A stretch of DNA of 63,792 nucleotides, the filler included, from Phoronis australis (lineage: Eukaryota > Animalia > Phoronida): the NCBI GenBank assembly GCA_002633005.1. It is 8 parts of 8 records of this genome, joined end to end, with 100 filler letters (N's around TTAATTAATTAA, not from the genome) between each part and the next. Parts side by side here need not be neighbours in the genome. Positions count along the whole stretch, not along the records: positions 43,021 to 51,395 come from NMRA01001902.1; positions 51,496 to 54,984 come from NMRA01002990.1; positions 55,085 to 58,106 come from NMRA01003273.1; positions 58,207 to 63,792 come from NMRA01002309.1; 4 more parts are not named here. One strand, 5' to 3'. Under the pieces are notes generated by a model. That model made no database searches, was not told where the DNA came from, and was given only the letters and a program-made list of their open reading frames with translations. Below, piece after piece: positions 50,307 through 63,792 of this stretch. The position numbers were made by a program, and so were the translations under genes. Position 1 is the first letter of the stretch, and every line of letters begins with the position of its first letter.

Positions 50307-52092
50307 CAGTTGTTTTTAATACCTTGCAAGAAATAACCACAAACACAGTTTCAAGACAGAACCAGCAGCATTCCATTGGCAGTCTGGATATCCAATCAGA
50401 CTAAGGTCACCAGCACTATTCAACCTTGTTAGTACAAACATGTTGCAAGACAGGTACAACATACAGGGCCCAAATTCGAACATAGACAGGTCACTGGCTG
50501 ATCTAGGATATCGCAAGGGGGGCAAGGCAAACAGAGTTTATCTATTTAGTTATTTCTAAGTGAATGCATTTTTACAGGCAGGATAAGGGTTGGGTACAAT
50601 GGAAATTGGTCTGATACTGATACAGATATTCTTTTGATATTGATAACAATTACAAATAAAGTAAACTTGGGATATGTTTGGTCCTCTAACCCCTTGGGGA
50701 ATCAACTGCACATTTATGATGGGGTGTGCCGCTGGGAAATTAGGATACACACTTTTTAGATAGTAGGCAACCCATTCACAGTTGGTTTACTGAATATTTG
50801 AAAACTAGAGTCCAATTTCAGACTGAGCTTGTTTCACCTCATAGTTGAATGAATTGGAAATAAACCAGGAAAATATCAAATCAATCACATATTCAATTTT
50901 CAAGGTACTGAGTTTGGCACTGAGTATTTTCGTTGCGACACTATACTGCCTTTTTATTTCAGTGTTTAGTACTGTCACCGTCAAACAGTACCCAACCCTA
51001 GGCAAGACTATTTTGTTTCACAACTGCCACCTAGTGAGACTCAACCTCCTCAGCATTACTGTCTTTCTCAGTAATAAAATGAAGGTTGTAAAAAAATTTG
51101 TTCAATTTGCACTGCATACTGTCTTATCTTAAGGCAAGCTACCCCGAATTTGTTTCAAAATTTGAATAAATCAATAGAAAATAAATAAAAGCACAGAATT
51201 ACTGAACGCTAATCGAGCATGTTTCGAGTAGTTTCAAATTTCAGGAGACGGGATTGGTCAATTTTAAAGTTGTCTCAGGTCACTTTTATATGTTGTTTAC
51301 CGTCACTAAATTTGTTTCCAAGTTCATAATCGCTATCACAAGTCTAGCCAGTAATAGGGACTGATCTCCTCAACACTGTTATTCCTGCAATCAAANNNNN
51401 NNNNNNNNNNNNNNNNNNNNNNNNNNNNNNNNNNNNNNNTTAATTAATTAANNNNNNNNNNNNNNNNNNNNNNNNNNNNNNNNNNNNNNNNNNNNCAAAT
51501 GTGACTTTTGTAACTGGTCCTTTTGCAGTTATGAATTAAATTATAAATTATACTCAAGATTTATAAAGTCTACTTTGTCAAATGTGACATCTTGCACCAC
51601 ACCATGAGAACATTCGTTTGGCTAAACATGTTATAAAAATAAATGCTGAAAGATTCTGAACACGTTTACTAGAGTTATTGTGAACCACATTCTTGCAGGT
51701 AAAGAGTCAACCGTGGGAATAAACCCAACATTACTGTTGGCTCATTTCATTTATAAGCTAACCTAATACAAAGGATATACAACCACTGTCTATTTCATGT
51801 AAGCTATATATGCACCAATGAAAACCAGTTTGTTGATTACCATTAGTTGCAAAAATGGTTTGTCTCCACTGGTTGCTTAGCAACACAGCACAGCAGATCC
51901 AGGCGCTTTACTAATTGTTCACATCAGCAAAAGTGAACATGCATAAGAGCCAAGTCATGACAGAATGCCATGGGCATATGCACAAATGTCTGTATGAGTC
52001 TATCTTAGTACAATCCAACCCCAGTATATACACCGCCCAAATTACGATGTTTCAATACATGTATTAAGACTGCGTGTGAGACGCCAACTTAC

Positions 52093-52203
52093 ACTAGCTT
52101 CCTTCGTCTCTGCCCACTCATGGAACTCAGTAAGCCGAGACTGAGCTTCTGTCAGCTGTTGCTGCACGGCTGCCAGTTGCTCTTGCAGGGAACTGTTGTG
52201 CAA
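52093..52203 (-). CDS. Coiled-coil protein, internal exon 3
   Basis: LHNSSLQEQLAAVQQQLTEAQSRLTEFHEWAETKEAS; cag/gtaagt, phase 0/0. Confidence 0.75.
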
Positions 52204-53046
52204 CTGGAAACACAGAGACACAACGGCATAAACATCAATATCGATGCAATGTGGACAGAATGGGATAATGTAGTGTGCTTTGTACAAGGCTGACGTGAAA
52301 TGGAAATTCTTTCAATTTCCATAGGCCTCTAACACTATTGTGAATGGCCACAGTGTCTTTGACAATAGTTAAGGCAAATGACTTGAAAATGGCAAAGCAT
52401 TTATGTCATGTTGCTCATCTTTCACGAAAGAAGTGAAAAACTAAAATTTGATCTTTTGCCCAACTATGTTCTAAACTGGTGACATTTTACAACATTACAG
52501 TTGCGTTATGATGTTCAAAATTTAAATGCTTTCATTCTCGGAAATCTTAGAGAAAATGAGTTTGATTGATGGCACTGCATCTCAGTCGCCCNCGTGGCAC
52601 TGCATCTCAGTCGCCCCCCCCCTCCCCCTTTAGGTCACCAAGTGATCACAGTCTACTCCTTCATAACACAAACAAGACAAGATTTGAAAGTGTCCAATGT
52701 AATGTCTTACCTTAGTAAATGAGGGTCAGATTTCTCCAAACACTTTTAGTTGTTTTAATTGCAGCTTTGATGATCACAGATACAGAGTAAAACATGCATG
52801 AAAATGATGCCTGCATGTTAAAAGTCGCATGTACTTTCCAAAAAATTACATTTGCTTGCAAAATGAAAACATCGTTTTTATGAATTTCTCGTGTAATATT
52901 AAAATCTTTCTTCTTAACAGCTAATTTCTGAAGGTAAAAGTTACACAATATTGACATGGTATACATGGGCAAAATTTTAACAATTTCTGGCTAAAAAACT
53001 TAAAATGATCTAAAGGAGTCCAAGATGCTAGATTGCAAACACTTAC

Positions 53047-53124
53047 GTGGACAGTTTGAATCTCTTGCTTTTCCCTAAAGCTGGTCTCCTTCTGGGATTT
53101 CTGGGATTTTTCTAACTCCAATAA
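53047..53124 (-). CDS. Coiled-coil protein, internal exon 2
   Basis: LLELEKSQKSQKETSFREKQEIQTVH; cag/gtaagt, phase 0/0. Confidence 0.7.
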
Positions 53125-54027
53125 CTGTATGAACAACAACAAAAATGTAAAATATTTTACAAATACCTTCTTGCTTCATAATAATCATCCTGACGTGCAA
53201 TGTCTGAAAACTCCACAATTCAAGAAAATTAAAGTGCGGCCTTAGCAGAATCCTCCCTCTACAATTTTCGCTATTAAGAAGATCAATATCTACCTTTAAC
53301 AAAAACGTGTCGGTAATTCCGGGAGAACGTGTATTTAAAATAAACTTGATTAAACCACCACCCTAAAAACGGCCCAACATTTGTGAACCCATATTTAGCT
53401 TTGGTTTCCAGCAAGTATTGTTTCAGTGGCAAGCTGAACCCAAACAACCAAGTCTGGCCGCCATTAACTTAAAGATAAACTATTATTAAGATGTTTTGTG
53501 ATCAAATAAATTCTGCACAATATTATTCACGAACAACACCTCAGGGGGAATTGAAATTAACATGACTCATTCATTAGCTACTAGCAGAAGGTAATACGCA
53601 ACAGCACGTCTGGTCGCAGTAAGAACAGGTGGTTCAACAGCACCTGCTATATATTTGTTCACTCTATTTATATACAGCTTTGAAAGACACTGTCATCACA
53701 ATCGTAATGAAATGTACTGTTAATAAGATTGTAACAAAGAAATTGCACCAATGTACCATGGCCATACGCATAGTCACAGAGGGGGGCAGGGCACAACTCC
53801 ACGAACTGCAGAAAAGCTCTTGCCATGGTCAAAAGATTTTTAATATTGCATTTGCTCCTCCCCCTTGATTGCTAAGTGCCCCCAGGTTGACATACACATC
53901 AATAACTTGACGATGTCGGTGACCATGCCATGCCATTTAAACATGATATTAAAATGACTAAGGGCACTAAGGCTTCCAAATTCATTCTATCCAGTTTCAA
54001 TATAACTGAAACAGCTGACAATTTTAC

Positions 54028-54144
54028 CTTTCTTGTTGCTTCTTCAGCCTGCTCCTCCAGACTTTCTTTCTGAATTTCCAACAGTTTGCACTTTTGATCC
54101 AACTCCATAAAATTAAACTCAACTGACTTTCTCTTACGATTTCT
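54028..54144 (-). CDS. Coiled-coil protein, internal exon 1
   Basis: RNRKRKSVEFNFMELDQKCKLLEIQKESLEEQAEEATRK; ag/gt, phase 0/0. Confidence 0.7.
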
Positions 54145-54554
54145 CTGGAAGTGTACAGTCAACAATTCATATTTTAACAAAATCGATCCCACTGAAAATT
54201 CAGTCTATTGCCACAAAGTTGCGTCGAAATATTAAAACTGGTTAACATATAATTCCAGGCTAGGCAAAGTATAAAGTACCGGTAATCAGTATCAACAGAT
54301 TCATCTTCCCAAAACAAAGCACTGAGAGTTCAAGCAATATCTGACAGAAGTGTAAGGTTAAAGGCTATCTAACAGTGTGAGATGAAACAAAATGAGTTCA
54401 TGTATTATCAAGAGTGGGTAAGAGATTAGACAGCAGCACAAATATCAAGTATTGCAACTTCACCTTCAAGTAGTCTTTCCCCCTATCATAAAACATAGAA
54501 GTCATCATCGCACCTTTTTGAGTATAACTCTACGACTTAATCTGTGCTATGCAC

Positions 54555-54651
54555 CACACCTTGATAGGGTGCTCTAGACGGTTGGTCTACATTATACGAT
54601 GAGCACACCTTGATAGGGTGCTCAAGACCAGTGGTCTACATTATACGATGA
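54555..54651. repeat. ~49-bp tandem duplication
   Basis: CACACCTTGATAGGGTGCTC...TGGTCTACATTATACGATGA x2. Confidence 0.8.
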
Positions 54652-55729
54652 CCACGGAAATTTGAATAGGTGATGCGACATCTATTTGACCAACCGAATT
54701 TAGCCAAAACAAAATCCAATCCCTGACATATGATCAAATTTTGATTTTCTACTGAGCACATGCGTGTTTGCACTTCTTGTAACTATACCCTTGGAGTGTT
54801 GAATTCGTAACCTAGAAATATTACAACCATTTTCATAAATTTCCATCAAAGCCTTGAAAATCTAAAAGAACAGCGCCACTTCACCACTACAGACTTACAT
54901 TCCTGTCACACACAAAGTAGCAGAGAGTGTATGAAATGAACAGCGCCACTGAGAACAGCGCTACCAGAACGATGAGAGCGGGAGNNNNNNNNNNNNNNNN
55001 NNNNNNNNNNNNNNNNNNNNNNNNNNNNTTAATTAATTAANNNNNNNNNNNNNNNNNNNNNNNNNNNNNNNNNNNNNNNNNNNNAGTGGACGAAATGTTT
55101 ACATTTTTGTATAACATGAGGTCAGCAGTTAGGCTAATTCTGTTTCTTTCCAATATTTGCCTAGTTCAAAGCAGCAACATACCAACAAGGAATTCAGACG
55201 ACGTTTGACATTGTTAGAAATATGGACAAAAACATTCGTTCAAATATGCAGAGTGCCAGCATACAACTAACACAACTAAAGCATGTTTTGTGTTCAGTTT
55301 TTATTGATTTATTTAACAACGGCGGTCCACAAAATAAAAGAATGTAATGTAACACAGAGTTACTTACTTCACTTAAGCGTCCAAATGCATGACAGGGTGT
55401 CCAAATGCTGAACATGAGATTTTTAAGTTGAATCTTGGTATGAGACCAGGGTTTCATTTGGACGCCTTTTTGACTTTACATGTATGGTAGTAGACCGGCA
55501 GCCCAGATCACTTAGCATAGATGAAAGTGGTGCAAACATCTGACCAAGGAGCACTTAGAGTCTACCTCAGTATACACGGAAATAGACTCCTGCCGTTGTC
55601 TGCACTCTGGGTGTGACACCTGGAGACCTTACAAGGGGACCAAAATGAGCTAAATTAGATATTCAAGGTACCGGTCAAAACGGATTTAAACCGGACAATA
55701 TTATCGCACTGAAAACCGAATGTCCCATC

Positions 55730-56160
55730 ACAGTCAAATTGCACTGTGGAATGGGTCCGGCAGAAACCAGAAAACGCCCCCCAAAAATGAGTTAGCTAAT
55801 ACAATCGAGATACCGCAAAAAACCCAATTCCATATTATTCAATACATGCCACTGATCACTAAATGCCCCAATGACAGACAAAATGCATTTTGGGTTATGC
55901 ACGCCGTAAACCCCCCAAAATGTCAACCACGGTATGCCATTGAAAATTTGATCAAGATTAGGTATTCGAGTTACCAGCTAAAAACTGATTTAAAACGAAC
56001 AATAATATGGCACTGAACACAGAATGACCGATGACAAACAAATTTCACTCTGGAACGAATCCATCCGGAAACCCAAAAGGAACCCTTAAAAATGAGCTAG
56101 TTCACATATTCGAGGTTCCACAAAAACAATTCCATTTGAATAAATACATGTCACTAGTCA
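55730..56160. repeat. Diverged ~300-bp tandem repeat
   Basis: 55735-55860 resembles 56038-56160 (CAAATT..CACT.TGGAA...AAAAATGAG.TAG...AATACATG.CACT). Confidence 0.5.
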
Positions 56161-56169
56161 CGTTTTTAT

Positions 56170-58106
56170 GAATAATACATTTATTAACCTAGGAAGCATA
56201 TCAGTACTAAATACGTCTGGGGTTGGACGGCCCCAGCTACATATCTTAACAACTTACTGAATGAACAATACGTCATACATATAGAACAAATAAGTATCGA
56301 GAATATAACTAATGAAATAATGATTGGGTTGATAATTAGTAGAGATTATTATAAAAAAGAGAGAGAAAGAGGGAAAGGAGGACTTTCATACACTCATTCA
56401 CACTCACATTCACTCGGTTTAATTAACTTAATATATGTTTACATTTGCAGAAGTGTATGTTTATGAAAAGTCAGTTTTCTTATAATACAACAGAAGTGAA
56501 TAAAAAATAACACCATATATTGTTTGAATCATTTTAAAGAGATGTCTGCAAAACCCTTCACTGTTTTGAAGTTTTATCCGAGGCGTTAAACACAATAAGA
56601 TTCACTGCGTCAAAAATTATAAATTTGAACTTATTAAGACACGGTTGAGACCCACCTCTCGATGATGTATAAATATAATGAGCATGAGTGTATATGGTAT
56701 TGAAGATTTCGTTTAGATTGGCAATGAAGCAAACTAAAAAGTGGTACATGGATGGTTGTGGATGAAAACGTATTTAAACATGTTCAAATGAGGGTTTATG
56801 GGTAGATTGAAAGGGAGATAATATATTTCTTTAATGTCGTCGTCTGTGTAATAATTGAGTAAAGACGCATAATTATCTGGTTTCTCAGAAAACTTGTGGA
56901 TAAATACGTTTTTAGTCCATGAATTGGAACTATTGATCAATGACCCACCTAGAACTTTCTTCAAGGTCGTTGTAATGGAAGAAAATAGTATGATAGATGT
57001 ATCCTTCAAGAAATAATTTCTCTTAATACTTTTCCATTTAAGAAGTTTGTTCTGGCTATATAAAAAATCATCACAAAATATTAGGCCCGCGTTTTACAGA
57101 TCTTGGTAAAATAACGATTTACCTTTAACAGTTAACTTGCAGTTGTTCCATATCACTTGTTTGTATACCGGTACCATCGTAAATATTTCAGGATTAAGAA
57201 TATCCAAGGTTTTCAGAACCTCCTTGTAAAAATGGGTTTATAATTTCGCATTTAAGGTTTTCAGTTGAAAATTGGATGAAAAAATGAGGTCACCGCCAAC
57301 GCGACTGAAAACATGCCTCAGATATATCCCCCAACTTGCCTCATCCTCTGTATTAAAACGCTTGACCCAATTAAAAATTAATCTTAATTTGATCAGTTTC
57401 ATGTTCGGATATTTCAAAACGGCAAAATTGTCAAAGATTCTTTTATTTTTGGTGGTTTATTTAACCAAATAAATTTTCTGATAAGTTTATTGACTTCATA
57501 AATTCTTTTTGGTGATACCCATAGTTGACACTACATGAATGAGTTTCGATAAACCAAAAGTTTTAGTAATGAAGATTCAGCCTTTTATGGACAAATTTCG
57601 AGTTTTCCAAAGATTAAAACGGTCTTTAAGCTTTTGGATTTTTTTCATCAAAATTGGGTTTTTCAGCGTCTTCCCCTTTTCCGCCAACTTTCGTAGACTT
57701 TTAATGGACTTTTGGGGCCATCTGATTCCGTTAAGTGGTCTTCGATTTCGGTGCAATGTTGAGGCAAACATGCTTTTGCATTTTGTCATAATTCAAGTGA
57801 AGCCCAGATAGTGATGAAAAATAATCAAAAAATCTAAAACAGTCATTTCCAGATTCTACGTCTTTAATGAAAGGAACTGTATCGTCTGCATACTGTGCAA
57901 TTTTAATTTCGTGGTTGGCTATTGTACTGCCTCTGAATAATTCATTGTTTCTGATGTGATATGACATAATTTCCGCACACAGGACGAACAGAAGACGTGA
58001 AAGTGGGTCTCCTTGTCGGAGGCCTTTCTCTATGTTAAAATGCTGTGATGTAAATCCGTTGTTCAAAACACATGACGAAATTCCAGAATACAATGTACGG
58101 ATTCTA
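56170..58106 (-). mobile_element. Degenerate L1/Tx1-clade LINE ORF2 3' part
   Basis: SCVLNNGFTSQHFNIEKGLRQGDPLS, IAQYADD, FSSLSGLHLNYDK, WKTRNLSIKG; multiple frameshifts. Confidence 0.88.
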
Positions 58107-58211
58107 NNNNNNNNNNNNNNNNNNNNNNNNNNNNNNNNNNNNNNNNNNNNTTAATTAATTAANNNNNNNNNNNNNNNNNNNNNNNNNNNNNNNNNNNNNN
58201 NNNNNNTTTAG

Positions 58212-58364
58212 TTGCCTCGTCAATAACAACGGTACGGTTGCGGTTAGTTGATGGTTTCGCGTCCAACGAGGGTCGTGTTGAGGTGTTTTATGACGGCAAG
58301 TGGGGTACTATATGTGACGACAAGTTTCACATGTCTGATGCCAACGTCATCTGCCGACAGATGG
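58212..58364 (+). CDS. SRCR (group A) repeat protein, exon 1
   Basis: [44 protein letters not shown]; ag/gtgag, phase 1/1. Confidence 0.92.
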
Positions 58365-60081
58365 GTGAGCTAACACCTAATGCATTAGTACTTTTGCCTA
58401 CAAACTGACTGATTGATTACAGTATATGTAGATGGCAATACATAGCTACAACACTGAATCTACTGTTTGAAATTCGACTCTCTTGATAGAAAATCGCTGC
58501 CCATTCTATATGTAGCTATTATCGAGTGAACTTTTCTGAGTTGCACAACTTATGCTAAATATTTTTTGGCCTCCAAATCTTTTTGAAAATAAGCAAATGG
58601 CGAAGACAGCAAATGACAATGCATTTGTGCCATCGGTACGTAACGCTGCACTGTCGTCTGACCAAAAACGTCGCTTTTATCGCTCATATCTCGACTAATC
58701 AATGCCAAAGGTGATTGGTGATCTAGATGACTTGTAATGATACTAAACGTCGTAATTGAAGCAATTTTGAGACATGTAGTTGATATTGTATCGAGGGCTT
58801 TTAAAAACTAAAAGTATAAATACTGAACTTGGGGTGGACTTCGTGAAATTGTGGCCACCCTTTAAAGTATCGGATTTTTACCGGCAACTCGGGGATCTTA
58901 CAATGCGCTAAAATGAATTGGAAGATCTAATAAGGTTAATGCTATCGAAAAAAAAAGAAAATTAAAGCACCAGCAATTAACACGAGACACTCAATTGGTG
59001 CCAAAACGAGGCCAGATAACTGCTCGACGGATGTTGCAGCGTTGTGGGTAAATACCGCAAAATTCTAATGTTACTGTGTAATTCGGGACTATAACATTGG
59101 AACGTTTGGGCAACCCATTCGAAATTTTTCGAAAAATATTGGTTTTAGAAGACCCAACTCTCCAATCCACATGGAAAATGCACTTGAATTGGTTTGTTTG
59201 ATATAGATGTACCCTGTACCCTATAGACATATACGCCTTTGCAGACCTACATGTACAACAATGTAGTTTTTTAGTTGTTATATGCATTAGTAGTGTTTAT
59301 TACTCATTGTTTTTTAATTCAAGCAAAAGTTGAATAAAACAAATGGTCCAGGGCGATGTGAGCCAAAGACGAGATGCAAGTGGTTTCGGCAGCGCATCAA
59401 ATTCTATGGAGAGCAAAATGCCCTGCTCTGAGTTTCGAGTATGTTGTGAACGCAAACATTTTAGCGAGGCGACATGAAAGAAATTGCTTCCGGCGAGTGC
59501 ACTTTCAAAGATACTGGGTTCTTATTTGTGACTTTTCAGGTAAAAACACGAAACTAGCGTTCTCTTGCGAGAATATTTGCGTTCACGGTAGATATCACGT
59601 TATCTATAATCTCTCAAAATCGCGTCAAAGTAGTCCTTCCGGAACTACATGTACAGTTTGTAGAATATGAAAACCGACGTGACACGCAGTCCACATTCGC
59701 TTCATTTGGCCTATGTATCTTCAAAAATTAAAGGAAGATCTTGATGATGTCGAAAAAAGTTTACAGGTGATATCGGAAAGCTCTGTTTAATGCTTAATAC
59801 CATCGTTTTGAGATATTTTAGGGTTGTGTTGGACCTTATCTACAATGATGTGCATTTATCCAAATAGCAACTAAATTACAGAGAAATCGAGTCAGAGACA
59901 GTGTATATGTTCTGGAAGTACAAACTGAATGTGATTTTGGGCGTTATGCGCAATTTAAACCACCTGGGTCACGTGATCATGTCCACTCTTTATTAATTCA
60001 AATTGGTGACCTATGCTGATGCTTTAGAGTTCCACATAGTTGTGAAATGCTAGTCGTAACTACGACACAGTTAAATTTTAG

Positions 60082-60204
60082 GATTCGCAGGAGCTGAGCA
60101 GTACCACCACAATTCTTTCTTTGGGCCTGGCCAAGGCGTTATTTGGTTGGACGAACTGGGGTGTTTTGGAATAGAAACGGATGTGTCCAGTTGTAGGCAT
60201 TCCG
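60082..60204 (+). CDS. SRCR repeat protein, exon 2
   Basis: FAGAEQYHHNSFFGPGQGVIWLDELGCFGIETDVSSCRHS; phase 1/1. Confidence 0.92.
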
Positions 60205-61280
60205 GTAGGTAATTTCCACTCATAAGAAAACAGGGACAGTCGTACAAGCTGCGGACGAATATTTGAGTTACAGGGTGCTGTTGCAGTGCACAGATATTAT
60301 TCACTATTACGACGATTGGTTTGGAACGTCGCTAAAGTACCTTTAGCGTGCACATTCAGTGTTGCGTTTGCCTACCCACGCCCAATGCGACTTCTTCAGA
60401 GAGCAAAAAGTGCCTTCAGTGGCTCTCTTCTGTCTACTTGCTTCATTGGCAGAACGTGATCGGTATCGCGTGTGCTCAACGCGGGTTATACAACGGCTGC
60501 CTTTCGTAAAAGTGATTCTTTTGCGTTTGGAAAGGTCACATATAATAACGCCAAGTCAAGCGAAGGAAAGCCGAACGTTCCTGGAAAAAATACTAAGAAT
60601 CTTTCTTACGAACATTGGCAAATGACCACAGTGTTGGTGGTTGGTAGACATGGTTGGAATGTTGAATTTCATGTAAGGGTGACATAAATATAGATTATTG
60701 CAAGGCAAAATGGCTTTTCCGTATCTAGAACCCGAGCAGGATTCGTAGTGCTTATCACCTTGGGTGCGTTTATTCCCCGTTTTGACCATTAAGCGGCATT
60801 AAATCGTACAAGTGTTAGCGTTATAAAACTGGTCTCATCCAATATAAGTATTGTTTCTGACCTTTATAAGGACTGGCAGTTGTTCCGAGTCTCAAATTTT
60901 GAGGCCAATTTTATAGCGACAAGTCGTCAAAATACGTATTTTGACAGAAAGCACGGATTTCATGCCGATTTAACTACCAAATTCCTAAAATAAAAAAGTT
61001 TAACTTTCGGAAGTGCTTGACGTCGGCCATCCTTATTATTATCCAAGCAGTGGATCAGACCAAGCACGTGAGCGTTTTCTACAGAATTTTGTCTTTCTAT
61101 GAGTACAGTGCGCTTGCTCCAGTCAATAAATATTTATTAAAATATTTTGCAGGCTATATTTTCCTTAGGAGGGTTTCAACAAAATTTTCGACACGCCTTT
61201 TTGAATTAATTGTGGTTGTTTGATTACCTAAGCATCTGCCTGTCGGGTATTTGACTTTTCATTGTAGTTGGTTCTTGCAG

Positions 61281-61466
61281 GGTGGGGAATACACAACTGT
61301 AACAAGGGCCATTCAGAAGATGCCTCCGTGGTTTGTCGGACAACTGAAACTATAGGCAGAATACGTTTGACCGACGGAGACTCGAAGAAGATGGGGCGAT
61401 TGGAAGTATGGTATAATGATACATGGGGTACTGTCTGTGAGCAGAATTTTACCTTGACAGAAGCCA
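61281..61466 (+). CDS. SRCR repeat protein, exon 3 (end of domain 1, start of domain 2)
   Basis: WGIHNCNKGHSEDASVVC...IRLTDGDSKKMGRLEVWYNDTWGTVCEQNFTLTEA; cag/gtaagt. Confidence 0.92.
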
Positions 61467-62324
61467 GTAAGTACAATATAGATAGATAGATGAACTAGAA
61501 TGCATATAGACATGCTTGCGCACAAACATGCACAACTGTATGTATTGCAAACATACATGCATACAAATGTACATACCTATATAATGCATACATGATAAAA
61601 CATACGTATATACATCTACACACGCACACACCCGCGTGTACTCGCGCACTCATACATCCTCTCATCATACATGTAGGTGCAGCTGCATTGACTATGTATG
61701 CAACATCCACAACCAGTACATCAGACAAAAACCAACCGGGGTATGCATTCGACATTGAGACAGTGGCGCTGTCCCCTCGATAGAAACTTAGTTGCTATAT
61801 TTCATTCAACTTGAAAGACACGAAGGCAAAGCGTAAAAAATAAGTCAGTTGCCAATAGGGGGCACAGAGGTAGCCGGATCCGTCCAAAGTTGATGTCAGC
61901 CGTTGTCAGCTCTTTAGAAATGCATCTGCAAAGTTCCATAAAGATCCTGCAAGGGGTTTATGGTGGTACGCTATTGGTCAGATAGAGATGACAGCAATAT
62001 GCACCTAGATATGTATATGTAAAAAAATCTTGGCATCACAAGGGAGCAACACTGTTCAATGAAGCAGGATCGTCATCCTCTTCATCGCCATCATCATAAT
62101 CACCCCAAGTTTCAACTCAATAGCCAGTGGGTTCTTAGCTGTAGGAGCTTTAAAATGAGTTTTCCGAGTACTTTGATATGGTAATTTTACGTTTTTCACC
62201 TTGCTCATGAGTGCACTTTTCAGGAAAAAGGTGTCCCGCATTGGATCTTCCACATTTTAATATAACCTGCAAAGGAATTTGGCGGAAAATGGCAAGAAGT
62301 TCAGTACATGAGAATTGAGTCAAT

Positions 62325-62930
62325 AGAGAGGTTTTGCAAAGCGGCGTGAACGTGAATTATCACGTCATTGTTGGCTGCGACGTTATCCTGATAGCGTTTG
62401 AATTTGTTACGCGAATACACAGAGATTCGCATCGTTTTAAACGCGAAACCCGTGGCCTCTTTTTAAGTTACATCTGGTGGGACATCGAAATGATTTTTTA
62501 TTTTGATTTGGTTCTAAATCTTTCTTCTTTACTTCAGAATAAAATGAACACGATTCTTTTGTCTACAAATGTTCTTAAAGTTCATTTGAAAGGAAACCAT
62601 CTTTTCCAAAATCCTTATTCTGTCGGGCTTCGCTGGATATCATCGAACAAGAATGGATTTTTAAGCAGAATAATTGTGTGTTGTTAAATTTTTACATGCT
62701 TTATTGACATTCATCTATTTATTTCAAACTGCAAACAAATTTTGCATTCTAAGACTTTACCATTTCTCGCAGAAGTTCGTATAAACAACATTTTCACGTA
62801 AAAGAAGTTGCATTGGCAGAGTGACTGTTAAATTTTTTCTAAACTAGCTGACATGTACGGGACCTAGTATAATAACTGGGCACCCTGGGTTCAGTTATTC
62901 AGTTCACGTTAACTTTCACTTTCACGTGAG
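62325..62930. mobile_element. Inverted partial copy of the 39050-40099 Harbinger-like element
   Basis: Same TIR; matches the reverse complement of 39650-40099 and 39160-39290. Confidence 0.65.
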
Positions 62931-63379
62931 CAGGGCTGGCTTTTCCCTGTTTTTTGCAACTAAGGAAGTCGATTCGACAAGTATGAAAGCCAGAAACAGA
63001 AAAAAAAGTAACTAAGCCAAATCAAAGACCTGCCAACGTTGAAAATTTAGTTCCCGGCAGAGTGCAATTGTCTCGTCTGCTCTTCAGTGATTGGCATATT
63101 CAAGCTTTTTGGAAGCGTGCGAGGAACCGACGAATATGCATTAATTTCTTTAGTAAAAACTGTTGGAAAAACAAATCTGTTAGCTAAAACGTATCTCAAC
63201 GTTACATGGAGTATATTGTAAAGGAGCATACAATAGAAAGCAAATAACTTGTAAAAAGCGCAGAGACATCTATTGCCACAGGTCGTGGGTCGTGAGTCGT
63301 AGGGGTTGTGGGTCAAGGGGGTTTTGGGTCGAGGTGGTCGTGGGGTGTGGGGGTTGAGGGGGTTTTGGAACAATCCTTT

Positions 63380-63680
63380 AGCTGCTCTTTTCATCTTTCG
63401 TGGTGTGTTTTCAAATGAGGTGAACACCTGAAACATCTGCTATGTCCTCTGTATGTCCTTTGTATCCAGTGTTGGAAAATCCTCTCTTTCTTCTGCCAAT
63501 GATTTTCCCATTTCTTGGGTAACTATGGTAAGACGGCTCATTATAACCTCTTCTGAGTTGTTGGCGACACTGTTTGTGATGGCAACTGTGTTTTGTCATT
63601 TCCTTCCATTCTGATGCCTTCTCACAATTTTCTACCAATTGGCCTATTTCGGGTGCAGCCACCATCCAGAGCCAAGGAGA
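63380..63680 (-). pseudogene. Decayed transposase fragment, Academ-like
   Basis: WMVAAPEIGQLVEN...HHKQ, QEMGKSLAEE, TLDTKDI/DIADVS across frameshifts; recalls the WMVAGPE...HHEQ...GNPF...LDTKDI motif order. Confidence 0.5.
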
Positions 63681-63792
63681 CTGTACATAATGCTAGGAAA
63701 CATCTGTAAAATGTTGATATTGAATAGCAACCTTCAAGCAAGTTCTTCTTTCATAAGCTGATAGTGTCGCAGTGTTTTATTTAGTTCTAATT

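Noticed and set aside
50323-50400. Upstream nesprin exon ending TTGCAAG|gtatta
   Set aside because: The required phase-1 frame has a stop a few codons upstream and no ATG or clear acceptor.
33925-61466. FICD + IgGFc + nesprin + SRCR as a gene cluster or immune system
   Set aside because: The genes lie on separate spacer-delimited segments; linkage is unsupported.

Overview
Animal (invertebrate bilaterian-like, AT-rich) genomic DNA; no prokaryotic genes, rRNA, tRNA or CRISPR recognised. Seven identical 100-nt spacers (44 N + TTAATTAATTAA + 44 N) split the window into eight segments, most of which look unrelated. Partial spliced genes were rebuilt by hand from GT-AG boundaries and exon phase: a ZIP4/ZIP12-like zinc transporter (exons 1-2), FICD (TPR exon plus a probable upstream exon), an IgGFc-binding-domain exon, nesprin-1/MSP300 (CH1 domain, 5 exons), an unidentified coiled-coil gene (3 exons) and an SRCR-repeat gene (3 exons). 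The rest is mostly transposons: Kolobok, Harbinger, hAT, ISL2EU-like, an Academ-like remnant, MITEs, and CR1/L2-, RTE-X- and L1/Tx1-type LINEs. The most interesting items are: (i) an internally deleted Kolobok element that keeps an open THAP-domain ORF while its convergent P2X7-ballast-like ORF has decayed, with ETS-CRE motifs in both TIRs; (ii) a MITE whose 9-bp TSD duplicates a ZIP splice donor; (iii) a 41-bp hairpin whose only mismatches are tandem G-A pairs. Family assignments come from remembered motifs; no database search was run.
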